23,414 nucleotides of DNA from positions 1 to 23,414 of the forward strand of contig JAYZBQ010000074.1 of NCBI GenBank assembly GCA_036338695.1, read 5' to 3'. Below, piece by piece: positions 1-7,663 of the stretch. The stretch is from Myxococcota bacterium (GTDB taxonomy: Bacteria; Myxococcota; UBA4151). Made by a program: the position numbers and the translations under genes. The notes beneath the pieces are model-generated. The model did not search any database. It saw only the letters and a program-made list of their open reading frames with translations, and was not told the DNA's origin. The stretch's first letter is position 1; each line of letters starts with the position of its first letter.

Positions 1-800
1 CGGTGATAGTTCGGGCTCATGCAATCTTGCCCCACCGGAATGCCGCGAATTTTGGCGATCTCTGGGGTCACTTTGGCGCCGGGCAAGATGCCTCCTTTGC
101 CCGGCTTAGCGCCCTGACTCAGCTTGATCTCGATCATCCGAATCTCGGGCACCTCGGCGATCAGATCCGTAAAGCGCTCGAGGCTAAATTCACCCTCAGG
201 GGTGCGGCTGCCAAAGTAACCCGTGCCGAGCTGATAGCAGAGGTCGGCTCCGGTGCGATGGTAGGGCGAGACGCCGCCTTCACCCGTGTTGTGATAGCAA
301 CCCGCCCGATACGCGCCTTGGTTGAGCGCCGTGATCGCGTTTTTCCCGAGCGAGCCAAAACTCATCGCCGAGATGTTGATGATCGAGCTCGGGCGATAGG
401 GCTCGGCGCGGCCGTGCTTCGCCCCGATCAACTTGGCGCAGGGGATGGGGTGCCCAGGGTCGCCATCGTGACGATCGGGGACCGGAAAGACCGAGTGTTT
501 GATGACCGGATAACCGATGCCGTAGAGTTGGTCGTCGGTGCCGAAGCCGAAGTTGTTGTTCTCGCCTTCAGCAGAGGCGTAGATCCACTCGCGCTCGAGG
601 CGGTTGAAGGGCGCCTCCTCGCGGTTGTGCGCCACGAGGTACTGTCGCAGCTCAGGGCCGATCTCGATCAGCAGGTAGCGCAAGTGACCAATGAGCGGAA
701 AGTTCCGTAGGATGGGCTTTTTCTTCTGCAGCAGATCGTAGGCGATAATCAGCGCAAAGAGGCTCCCCATGATGAGGACAGTCCACTGCAATCCGCTCAT
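1..800 (-). CDS. FMN-binding glutamate synthase family protein (YerD-like), 5' part; runs off the left edge
   Basis: Manual translation from ATG at 800 (GGGAGA upstream): MSGLQWTVLIMGSLFALIIAYDLLQKKKPILRNFPLIGHLRYLLIEIGPELRQY...NISAMSFGSLG...HNTGEGG...IEIKLSQGAKPGKGGILPGAKVTPEIAKIRG. These are glutamate synthase FMN-domain motifs, with an N-terminal TM helix. Not in the ORF track because there is no stop codon in the window. Confidence 0.93.
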   Translation of the reverse strand, partial: MSGLQWTVLIMGSLFALIIAYDLLQKKKPILRNFPLIGHLRYLLIEIGPELRQYLVAHNREEAPFNRLEREWIYASAEGENNNFGFGTDDQLYGIGYPVIKHSVFPVPDRHDGDPGHPIPCAKLIGAKHGRAEPYRPSSIINISAMSFGSLGKNAITALNQGAYRAGCYHNTGEGGVSPYHRTGADLCYQLGTGYFGSRTPEGEFSLERFTDLIAEVPEIRMIEIKLSQGAKPGKGGILPGAKVTPEIAKIRGIPVGQDCMSPNYH

Positions 801-866
801 GCTGTCTCCCGCGAATGGTCGGCGTAGGCTAAGAGGGTCTCAACGAAAAGCCAAGGAGCCCGGCGG

Positions 867-1175
867 ATGAGGATCCTACTGTGTAACGCGCCGGTCGCGG
901 ATGCGGCGCAGCTTGCGGAGTGGTTGGTCACCGATCTCGGCGTTGCGTGCGTGAACCTAAGCGCCCCCGTCGACAGTCTCTATGTCTGGGACGGAGCGCT
1001 CTGCCGCGACCGCGAGGTGATGATGGTGATCAAGGTGGCGTCCGAGCGGGTCACAGCGGTGGTCGATGCGCTCGCTGCTGAGCACCCGTACGACGTCCCC
1101 GAGGTGCTCGTTTTGGGCGTTGATGAGACGCTGAGTTATCAGCCCTACCTTCGTTGGGTTGAGGGGAAAAGCTAA
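867..1175 (+). CDS. cutA: Divalent-cation tolerance protein CutA
   Basis: 102 aa with ACVN, SLYVWDG, HPYDVPEVL and YLRWV motifs typical of CutA; AAGGAG RBS upstream. Confidence 0.93.
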   Translation: MRILLCNAPVADAAQLAEWLVTDLGVACVNLSAPVDSLYVWDGALCRDREVMMVIKVASERVTAVVDALAAEHPYDVPEVLVLGVDETLSYQPYLRWVEGKS

Positions 1176-1257
1176 CGGCCCTTCTGGCCCGATCGCATCA
1201 TCATGTGGAGCGACGGATTAGCGCAAAATACCAAGCCTTATGAGCGTTTTATATTTG

Positions 1258-1274
1258 TGCCTAAAATTTAGGCA
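1258..1274. promoter_or_regulatory. Perfect 8-1-8 palindrome TGCCTAAA-A-TTTAGGCA, candidate transcription-factor site (TGC-N11-GCA, NtrC/bEBP-like geometry)
   Basis: Inverted repeat read directly from the sequence; factor identity is inference. Confidence 0.5.
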
Positions 1275-1333
1275 GCGTATCCAATTCGGCGGTAGAACGG
1301 CGCACTCCAAGCTGCGGAAAATGATGATCTCGG

Positions 1334-1350
1334 TGAGTTTTCAAAACTCA
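1334..1350. promoter_or_regulatory. Perfect 8-1-8 palindrome TGAGTTTT-C-AAAACTCA, candidate protein-binding site
   Basis: Inverted repeat read directly from the sequence. Confidence 0.45.
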
Positions 1351-1374
1351 GTGGAATAATCAGTGGGATGTTTG

Positions 1375-1387
1375 TAACTTATTGATA
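1375..1387 (-). promoter_or_regulatory. IHF-binding consensus
   Basis: Reverse complement TATCAATAAGTTA matches WATCAANNNNTTR exactly and sits in an AT-rich tract. Confidence 0.55.
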
Positions 1388-1637
1388 TAGCTTGTTTTGT
1401 CTGGTTTGTAGATATTTTTGTAGTTAAAACAGTGCTTTGGAGCCTCTTCTTGTTTGAAATACCAAGCGTTTTCAGGGTATTTAATCTGGTCAAGATCTGA
1501 ATTTTAGAGATGGGACAAAATTCCGACGAGCGAAGGGTCCACTCGGTCCCCTTATCGAACGGTTTGGTCGAACCAAGACGCAGCCTGCACGTCGACGACA
1601 GCGCTTTCTTTGTTCTTACGATCGTTGCCGTTGACGC

Positions 1638-2564
1638 CTAATCAGCAGGGCGCAGCTGGACCGTGGCGTGCACCGGGCGATGATCGGAGGGGGTGCGCGT
1701 CCCGTCGGCGTAGCTGCTGAGATCGATCGACCAATCGGTCACCTCGAAGCGCTCGGCTGGTTGAATGAAGATGTGGTCGATGCGGCGCTGCCAATAATAG
1801 GCTTCGATCAAGTCAGGATCGCCTGTGGCCTGAGGCGATGACGCCAGGTCGTAGGTGTCGGCAAACGGCGCTTCAGCATCGGTGGTTAGGTCGATGTAAG
1901 CGGGGTGCTCAAGCCCGCTGTTGAAGTCTCCAACGAGGATGATCGGCAGGTCACCCGAGAGGGCGCCGAGGCGCTCTCGTATAAGCGGCGCGCTCATCAC
2001 TTGGCTCGGGCTGTTGTTGTCGACGTGCGTCGTCGCAAACAGGAAACGTTCCCCCGAGTCGATCACCCTAAGCTCAGCCCAGACGACCAGGCGCGGCAGC
2101 TGACCATCGGGATCAAATCCAGCGCTGAAAGGTTCGTCGGGCGTTGGGCTGAGCCAGAAGTGACCGTCACGCAGCGACTCGAAGCGGTCTTTTTTGTAGA
2201 GGATGGTGGCGTCGGGATAGTCCATCGACGAGCGCGGGTCGTCGGGGTCTCGTTCGTAGTAGATGCTCGCATACACCGAGCCGCGCCCACCCAGCGCAGC
2301 GACCTCGTCATCGATCGCACGATCGGGATTGGGCGCCGTGTAGACCAACTCTTGAAGCCCGATCAGGTCGGCGTTATAGGCTGCGAGTTGTCGCTGCAAA
2401 TGAGGCAGACGTGTCGCCCAGTCGTCGTATGGGTTGTCGTCGAAATGACCGTCGCCGCAGAAGGAGCACAAGACGTTGTAGGTGGTAATTTTGAGCGTCA
2501 AGGGCGGCGCCTCGCACGCGCCGAGCGCGAGGAGGAGGGCCAGCGACAGGCAGCGGGTCGGCAT
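1638..2564 (-). CDS. Endonuclease/exonuclease/phosphatase (EEP) family lipoprotein
   Basis: TYNV, ADLIGLQE, TTHVD, GDFN, IDHIF and SDHRPV motifs; signal peptide with lipobox LGAC. Confidence 0.9.
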   Translation of the reverse strand: MPTRCLSLALLLALGACEAPPLTLKITTYNVLCSFCGDGHFDDNPYDDWATRLPHLQRQLAAYNADLIGLQELVYTAPNPDRAIDDEVAALGGRGSVYASIYYERDPDDPRSSMDYPDATILYKKDRFESLRDGHFWLSPTPDEPFSAGFDPDGQLPRLVVWAELRVIDSGERFLFATTHVDNNSPSQVMSAPLIRERLGALSGDLPIILVGDFNSGLEHPAYIDLTTDAEAPFADTYDLASSPQATGDPDLIEAYYWQRRIDHIFIQPAERFEVTDWSIDLSSYADGTRTPSDHRPVHATVQLRPAD

Positions 2565-2639
2565 GTTCTCTCCGCATCAAGGGGTAGGTGCTTGGTGCTG
2601 TGATTACTTGCGTGCTAGTGAAAGCGCAACGGAGAGCAA

Positions 2640-3890
2640 GTGAACAAGCGATTTCTGGTCGGGTTGATCGTGGGCTGCGTAGGGGGCGGTTGCGCCGATG
2701 AGCCGGCGGCGCCAAAGCCAGAGCCTGAGGCGTTGATTCGCCCCACGAGCGTGACGGAGTTGACCTGGCCTGAGCGGTCGTATGCGCTGCCCACGGAGTG
2801 GGCTGGCTCGACGCATATCCAGATCGCTGAGCATCCGACCATGGGCACCCTGGTCGGGGGACCGAGTGGTTTGTTTCGGTTGCAAGGTGATCAGCTGGTC
2901 TCGGTGCACGAGGGAGAGCAGATCCCAGAGGTAGACGAGGGCGCAGTCTATGGTTTGAGCGTGGCTCAGGAATTTGTCTGGGTCGCCTCCGAGAACGGGC
3001 TGAGCGTTTTTGACGGCGTGCTTCGGGCTTCGCCGATTAGTGATCAGCTCCCCGAGGGCTCGGTCCGGGCGATTGCGCAGGTAGGCGAGTGGTTGTGGAT
3101 CGCCCTCGAGGCGGGTGTGTTCGCCTTCGACGGGGTCCGCTTGAGTCAGCTGACGACGGTTCCGGGGGTCTTTCGTATCACCCGCGGCGGCGAGGGCTTG
3201 GTCAGCGTGACGACGGTTCAGGGCGAGTCCTTCTTGTTGAAGGTGACCGATGACGGCTTGATGCAGCAAGACCTCGGCGGTCAGGGAGCTCTTAGGGACG
3301 TGGTGCCGCTGCGATCGGACCGAGTTTTTGCGCTCGAGAGTGGGACCCTGCGGGTGCGCGTCGCAGCGGACACGGGTGACCTAGTCTGGCGTCGAGCGAC
3401 GCTCAGCTCCGATGAAGGGGCAGAGCCGGTGACGCGCGCCTGGAGCATGAGCCCGACCATCGATGGCGCCGGCGTCTGGCTGGCGAGCCCGGACTCGGTC
3501 AGCCGGTGGGTGGGCGAGACCGTCGAGCAGCTAGCGACCCCGATCGGGATCGGCTCGGTGATGCGGATCCACCCGATGGCGAACGGACAGCTCTGGCTTG
3601 TAGGCGCCGAGCGCATGGTGCGCCTGGGCGCAGACGATCAGCCACCGCCGACTTATTGTGCGGACATCGACCCGTATTTTCAGGCGAACTGCTCTCGGTG
3701 TCACAACAACACACCGACAGCCCAAGCGTCGAATCTCGACGGCTACGCGATCTGGTCTGAGCGCTACGAGTCGATCTATTCACTGATCCAGGCGGGCGCG
3801 ATGCCGAAAGATGCGCAGGGCCGTGTAGATGGAGAGGCGCTCTATATGTTACAGCGCTGGCAAGAGGGGGGGATGATCGAGTGCGAGTGA
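2640..3890 (+). CDS. Putative lipoprotein with beta-propeller-like region and C-terminal monoheme cytochrome c domain
   Basis: Lipobox-like GGGC after a hydrophobic stretch; repeated short strand motifs (VWVASENGLSVFDG, LWIALEAGVFAFDG); CSRCH at 3690-3704 followed by AGAMPK (distal Met) and LQRWQEGG. Confidence 0.75.
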   Translation: MNKRFLVGLIVGCVGGGCADEPAAPKPEPEALIRPTSVTELTWPERSYALPTEWAGSTHIQIAEHPTMGTLVGGPSGLFRLQGDQLVSVHEGEQIPEVDEGAVYGLSVAQEFVWVASENGLSVFDGVLRASPISDQLPEGSVRAIAQVGEWLWIALEAGVFAFDGVRLSQLTTVPGVFRITRGGEGLVSVTTVQGESFLLKVTDDGLMQQDLGGQGALRDVVPLRSDRVFALESGTLRVRVAADTGDLVWRRATLSSDEGAEPVTRAWSMSPTIDGAGVWLASPDSVSRWVGETVEQLATPIGIGSVMRIHPMANGQLWLVGAERMVRLGADDQPPPTYCADIDPYFQANCSRCHNNTPTAQASNLDGYAIWSERYESIYSLIQAGAMPKDAQGRVDGEALYMLQRWQEGGMIECE

Positions 3891-5557
3891 CCCTACTGAT
3901 TGGCTTGTTGGTGGGGCTTCCCCCCTTGGCCTACGCGGCTGCGACCAACGACACCGAAGCGCCTATGTGCCAGCAGACGCCGGTTCAGGAGCAGCTCCAT
4001 TACCTACGCCGTCTCAGCCTTGACCTGAGAGGACACCTCCCGAGCGTCGCTGAGTATGAATTTGTGGCGCAGTCCGGTCAGGTCAGCGCGCAACAGATCG
4101 AAGAGATGCTGGCGTCGGAAGAATTTGTCGGCCGGATGCGCCGCTATCACCGCGACTTGTTATGGGTAAACATCGGCGCGCAGCGCCTGAGCAACAACCA
4201 ATGGCGCCTGACCGGCGATGGTCGGTCCAACGGTCTGTGGATCGGTGCGAACAACCGAGCCACTCGTTTTCGTGGGGCACGCGTCAACTGCGGCGACTTT
4301 GAGAGCTCGACGACCAACGGACGGATCGACACGAGGCCCCATCCGAACGCTGAGTTAGCGGCTGAGGGCGTCGTCCAAGAGGGCTGGGTTTGGGTTCAAC
4401 CGTATTGGAACCCGGATCAGCCGGTGAAGGTCTGCGCCTTCGATGCTCAAGAAGGCTTGCAGGGCACCAACGAAACCAACCGCGGCCCTGCTCAGGTTTC
4501 CTGCAATACCGGCTTAGCAAATCGCTCCTCAGAGTGCGGTTGTGGACCAAACCTTCGCTGGTGCCTTACGCGTGACACCGAGAATCAGGTGCGACGTTCG
4601 TGGGACGAACAACTGCTGCGCTACGCAGACTCGGTCGTGCGCGACAACCGCCCCTACTCGGATCTGCTGACCGGTCGGCAGATGGAGGTGAACGGACCGA
4701 TCACGCACTTCCTTAAGCACCTGACGCACGCACCCGGCAACGCGCTCCTCGTGACGGGAGCGCAGGGCTACGACCTGCCCGAGGATCTAGGTCACCACCA
4801 GTTCGATGAGTGGCGTTCGGCGCCGCGCAATGGGATGCACTCAGGGGTCCTCACGTTGCCCGCGTTCTTGATCAAGTTTCAGAGCAACCGCGGGCGAGCG
4901 ACTCGGTTCTACCACGCCTTTCGATGTGAGGCGTTTCAGGCGCCTCCTGGCGGATTACCAGCGACCGACGACGCCTGCCACACTGAGCCGAACCTGACCA
5001 AGCGCTGCGGATGCAAGTACTGCCATGTCAGCGTTGAGCCAGCCGCTGCGTACTGGGGGCGTTGGTCCGAGCAGGGGATCAAGCCCCTATTCGCCGAGGC
5101 TCAGTCGGACGCCTACCCGGCCTTCGACCCGAACTGCGGTCCAGAAGGGCGACAGCGCGGCTCGACCCGCTGCAGGCTTCATTACATCAACGAGATCTTC
5201 GCTGAGGACGACGCCCGCAAGCCCTACGAAGGGTATCTGCGGAGCTACTTGTTCTCTAACGACTTAGGCGAGCAGAACGGCTCCTATGGGAACAACATCG
5301 AAGAGGGGCCTCAGGGGATGGCACAGAACATCCTCGACCCAGCTGATGGTAGCTTTGCACGCTGCACCTCTCAGCGCATCTTCGAGCACTTCACCGGCCG
5401 GTCTTTTCGACCGAGCGAGGCAGCGCTTCAAGGGCAGCTGAGGTCGTCGTTTCAGTCGGGCTTCGACCTGCGCTCGCTCGTGCGCCAGATCGTCACCAGC
5501 CAAGAATACCGCGAGGCAGCACGCTTCGGCTTGATCAAGGACGGAGGTGATCAATGA
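3881..5557 (+). CDS. Exported Cys-rich DUF1549/DUF1585-like protein with a CxxCH motif
   Basis: Signal peptide (AYA/A); YLRRLSLDLRGHLPS (DUF1549-type); HSGVLTLPAFL...SNRGRA; CKYCH at 5012-5026; C-terminal FARC...FDLRSLVRQIVTSQEYR (DUF1585-like). Overlaps the upstream stop; the start could be GTG 3887. Confidence 0.75.
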   Translation: MRVTLLIGLLVGLPPLAYAAATNDTEAPMCQQTPVQEQLHYLRRLSLDLRGHLPSVAEYEFVAQSGQVSAQQIEEMLASEEFVGRMRRYHRDLLWVNIGAQRLSNNQWRLTGDGRSNGLWIGANNRATRFRGARVNCGDFESSTTNGRIDTRPHPNAELAAEGVVQEGWVWVQPYWNPDQPVKVCAFDAQEGLQGTNETNRGPAQVSCNTGLANRSSECGCGPNLRWCLTRDTENQVRRSWDEQLLRYADSVVRDNRPYSDLLTGRQMEVNGPITHFLKHLTHAPGNALLVTGAQGYDLPEDLGHHQFDEWRSAPRNGMHSGVLTLPAFLIKFQSNRGRATRFYHAFRCEAFQAPPGGLPATDDACHTEPNLTKRCGCKYCHVSVEPAAAYWGRWSEQGIKPLFAEAQSDAYPAFDPNCGPEGRQRGSTRCRLHYINEIFAEDDARKPYEGYLRSYLFSNDLGEQNGSYGNNIEEGPQGMAQNILDPADGSFARCTSQRIFEHFTGRSFRPSEAALQGQLRSSFQSGFDLRSLVRQIVTSQEYREAARFGLIKDGGDQ

Positions 5558-6192
5558 GGCCGCTCTCGTGTGTGATCCTTTTGGCTGGTTGCACCGCGCT
5601 TGAGCCGCCCGCCGCGCCCGTTCAAGCGCCAGCGCCTCCGGCGCACTTCCAAGATCATTGGTCGCCGGCGGAGCAGGCGAACGAGCGGCAGGCTTGGGCG
5701 CACCCGGACCAGGTGCCGATGGGGCAGATGCCACGTCGCCTAGAGGTCGAGCATCTCCGGCAGTCGATCCCTCGACTGTTCGGTGGGATTCAATGGCAGG
5801 ACCGCAACGAGAATTCGATGTGGGATGTCCTGAGCCGAACGTTGGGTGAGGCTGATTACGTCGAGGTGACTGAGAACAACGTGGAAGCGACGCCGCTGTT
5901 TGCGAAGTTCATGGACGACATGGCGGCGCAGGTCTGCTCGAAGGCGCTCGACCGAGATGCGCAGACGGCTGAGGCCGAGCAGCGATTGGTGCTCAGGCAC
6001 GCCGACGTCAAAGCCAACTTGCGCTTCCTGCGGCTCAAGCTCCATGGCGTGATGGTCGATGCGGACAACGACGCAGCGATCCAAGATTACCACCAGCTCC
6101 ATCAAGAGATCAGCGCTCAGGCGACGATGGGACAAGCCTGGCTCGGGGTGTGTATGGCGATGCTCACCGCCCCCGAATTCTTGACGTATTGA
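5554..6192 (+). CDS. Hypothetical lipoprotein of the DUF1585/DUF1501 cluster
   Basis: Lipobox LAGC; ATGA overlap with the upstream gene; C-terminus WLGVCMAMLTAPEFLTY resembles the 'xxPEFxxY' ends seen in such clusters. Confidence 0.7.
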   Translation: MRPLSCVILLAGCTALEPPAAPVQAPAPPAHFQDHWSPAEQANERQAWAHPDQVPMGQMPRRLEVEHLRQSIPRLFGGIQWQDRNENSMWDVLSRTLGEADYVEVTENNVEATPLFAKFMDDMAAQVCSKALDRDAQTAEAEQRLVLRHADVKANLRFLRLKLHGVMVDADNDAAIQDYHQLHQEISAQATMGQAWLGVCMAMLTAPEFLTY

Positions 6193-6202
6193 GGAGGTGA
6201 AG

Positions 6203-7582
6203 ATGAAACGTCGTGACTTTCTCAGATCGTTGACCGCCGGATCGCTCGGGCTGATGCTCGGCAACGGCTTGTCGATTCAGCGCGCCTTCGCCGCAGGACC
6301 GCTCGACCCGTACCGTAAGTTTGTCTTTGTGTACTTCTCAGGTGCTTGGGATGTCTTGCTCGGGTTGGACCCTCGGGACCCCGACGAGTTCACCGAGGAG
6401 CGGGTAGAAGACACCGGAATTCAGCCCGCCTGGCACCTCGTCGAGGCCGGTAACCCGGGCGCCTACATGGGTTTGGTCGGTGGGGACGATGCGCCGTATC
6501 GGCTCGGGCCTGCCATGGACGCTATGCTGCCCCATTACGACGTCTGCTCGGTGGTGCGCGGCATCGCCATGGACACGGTGACGCATGAGGTCGGTCGCCG
6601 CTACTTTATTACGGGGATGATGCCACGTGGCTTGTCCGCTGCGGGTTCATCGATGGGGACACGGATCGTGGCGCAGCAGGGCGACCGGACCCCGATCCCC
6701 AATTTGGTCTGCCGAACCGAGAGCTACAACGAGGGGGATCCGGTCTATTCGAGCGCGCTCAGCGTGGGCAGCGTGGCGGATCTGGTCTCGACGCTCGAAG
6801 ACGGCCCGAGCGCGCCGCCGGTCGACAGCGCCGTGCGGCAGGCGCTGAGCCGCTTTCGTCAGGAGCAGACGGCGTACTGCGACCCGAGCGCCTTTAACCG
6901 CTTTGGTATGCTGGAGGGAGTGCGCTCGAGCGCCGTCAAAGCGCGCGACCTCGTCGAAGGCTCGGGTCAGGGCTTGGCGATGGCGGATCTGTTCAACTTT
7001 CGGCTCAACGAACACGCCGAGCTGCGGGATCGTTATGGCTTTCCACGATGGGATCTGGACCATGAGGGCGCGCGGGTGGCGATGGCATTTCAGGCGCTCA
7101 AGCACGGCGTGGCGCAGTCCATCACGGTCACGGCGGCGGGGGGCCTCGACACCCACGATGAGAACTGGGCTGCGGACCAGCTCGAGCGGCAAAAGGGCGG
7201 CTGGGATCGCGTCGCGACGTTGATCGCCGACCTCAAGGCGACGAATGATCCTGATGTCCCGTCGAAGCGATTGATCGACACCACCACCATCGTCTGCTTC
7301 AGCGAGTTCAGCCGCACGCCTAAGCTCAACGTACGCAACGGGCGCGACCACGCCATCGTCAACTCCGCGCTGATCGCCGGCGCAGGCGTGCCCCAAGGGC
7401 AGCTATTCGGCGCGACCAGCGAGGTGGGGATGAACGCCATGCCGGTGGACGCACGCACCGGGCAGTTCTCGGTGAGCGGCATGACGATTACGCCGAACAA
7501 CCTCCTCGCGTCGGTGTTAGCGAACGCGGGCATGGATACCGATAAGCTGCGGCATGACGGGTTGCCCTTTTTGCGTGTCTGA
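6203..7582 (+). CDS. DUF1501 domain-containing protein, Tat-exported
   Basis: ATG 6203 preceded by GAGGAGG; MKRRDFLR twin-arginine signal; VFVYFSGAWD, LDTH, SEFSRTP and GRDH motifs. Confidence 0.85.
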   Translation: MKRRDFLRSLTAGSLGLMLGNGLSIQRAFAAGPLDPYRKFVFVYFSGAWDVLLGLDPRDPDEFTEERVEDTGIQPAWHLVEAGNPGAYMGLVGGDDAPYRLGPAMDAMLPHYDVCSVVRGIAMDTVTHEVGRRYFITGMMPRGLSAAGSSMGTRIVAQQGDRTPIPNLVCRTESYNEGDPVYSSALSVGSVADLVSTLEDGPSAPPVDSAVRQALSRFRQEQTAYCDPSAFNRFGMLEGVRSSAVKARDLVEGSGQGLAMADLFNFRLNEHAELRDRYGFPRWDLDHEGARVAMAFQALKHGVAQSITVTAAGGLDTHDENWAADQLERQKGGWDRVATLIADLKATNDPDVPSKRLIDTTTIVCFSEFSRTPKLNVRNGRDHAIVNSALIAGAGVPQGQLFGATSEVGMNAMPVDARTGQFSVSGMTITPNNLLASVLANAGMDTDKLRHDGLPFLRV

Positions 7583-7601
7583 CGTCTGATCCGCGCAAGC
7601 G

Positions 7602-7623
7602 TGTCAGACCCCTAGCGTAGGCT
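7602..7623 (+). promoter_or_regulatory. RecA-NDp/PafBC-like promoter motif upstream of rmuC
   Basis: TGTCAG-ACCCCTAGCG-TA-GGC-T fits TGTCRG-N10-TA-N3-T and ends 40 bp before the rmuC ATG. Confidence 0.55.
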
Positions 7624-7663
7624 GCGGAGGCGGTCCTGTCGCTCGGAGGCACAAGGGGAACTC

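Noticed and set aside
3..710. 235-aa + strand ORF
   Set aside because: Antisense shadow of the glutamate-synthase-family gene, whose motifs are on the - strand.
1298..1313. GG-N10-GC (CGGCGCACTCCAAGCT) as a sigma54 promoter
   Set aside because: Poor match to TGGCACG-N4-TTGC and too close to the palindrome for typical enhancer geometry.
1201..1520. Several GGA motifs suggesting a CsrA/Rsm-sponge sRNA
   Set aside because: About 7 in 320 nt is near chance, and they are not in obvious repeated hairpin loops.
1176..1637. AT-rich region as oriC, dif or CRISPR leader with array
   Set aside because: No TTATCCACA-type DnaA boxes, no XerD arm (TTATGTTAAAT-like), and no repeat-spacer array or cas genes in the window.
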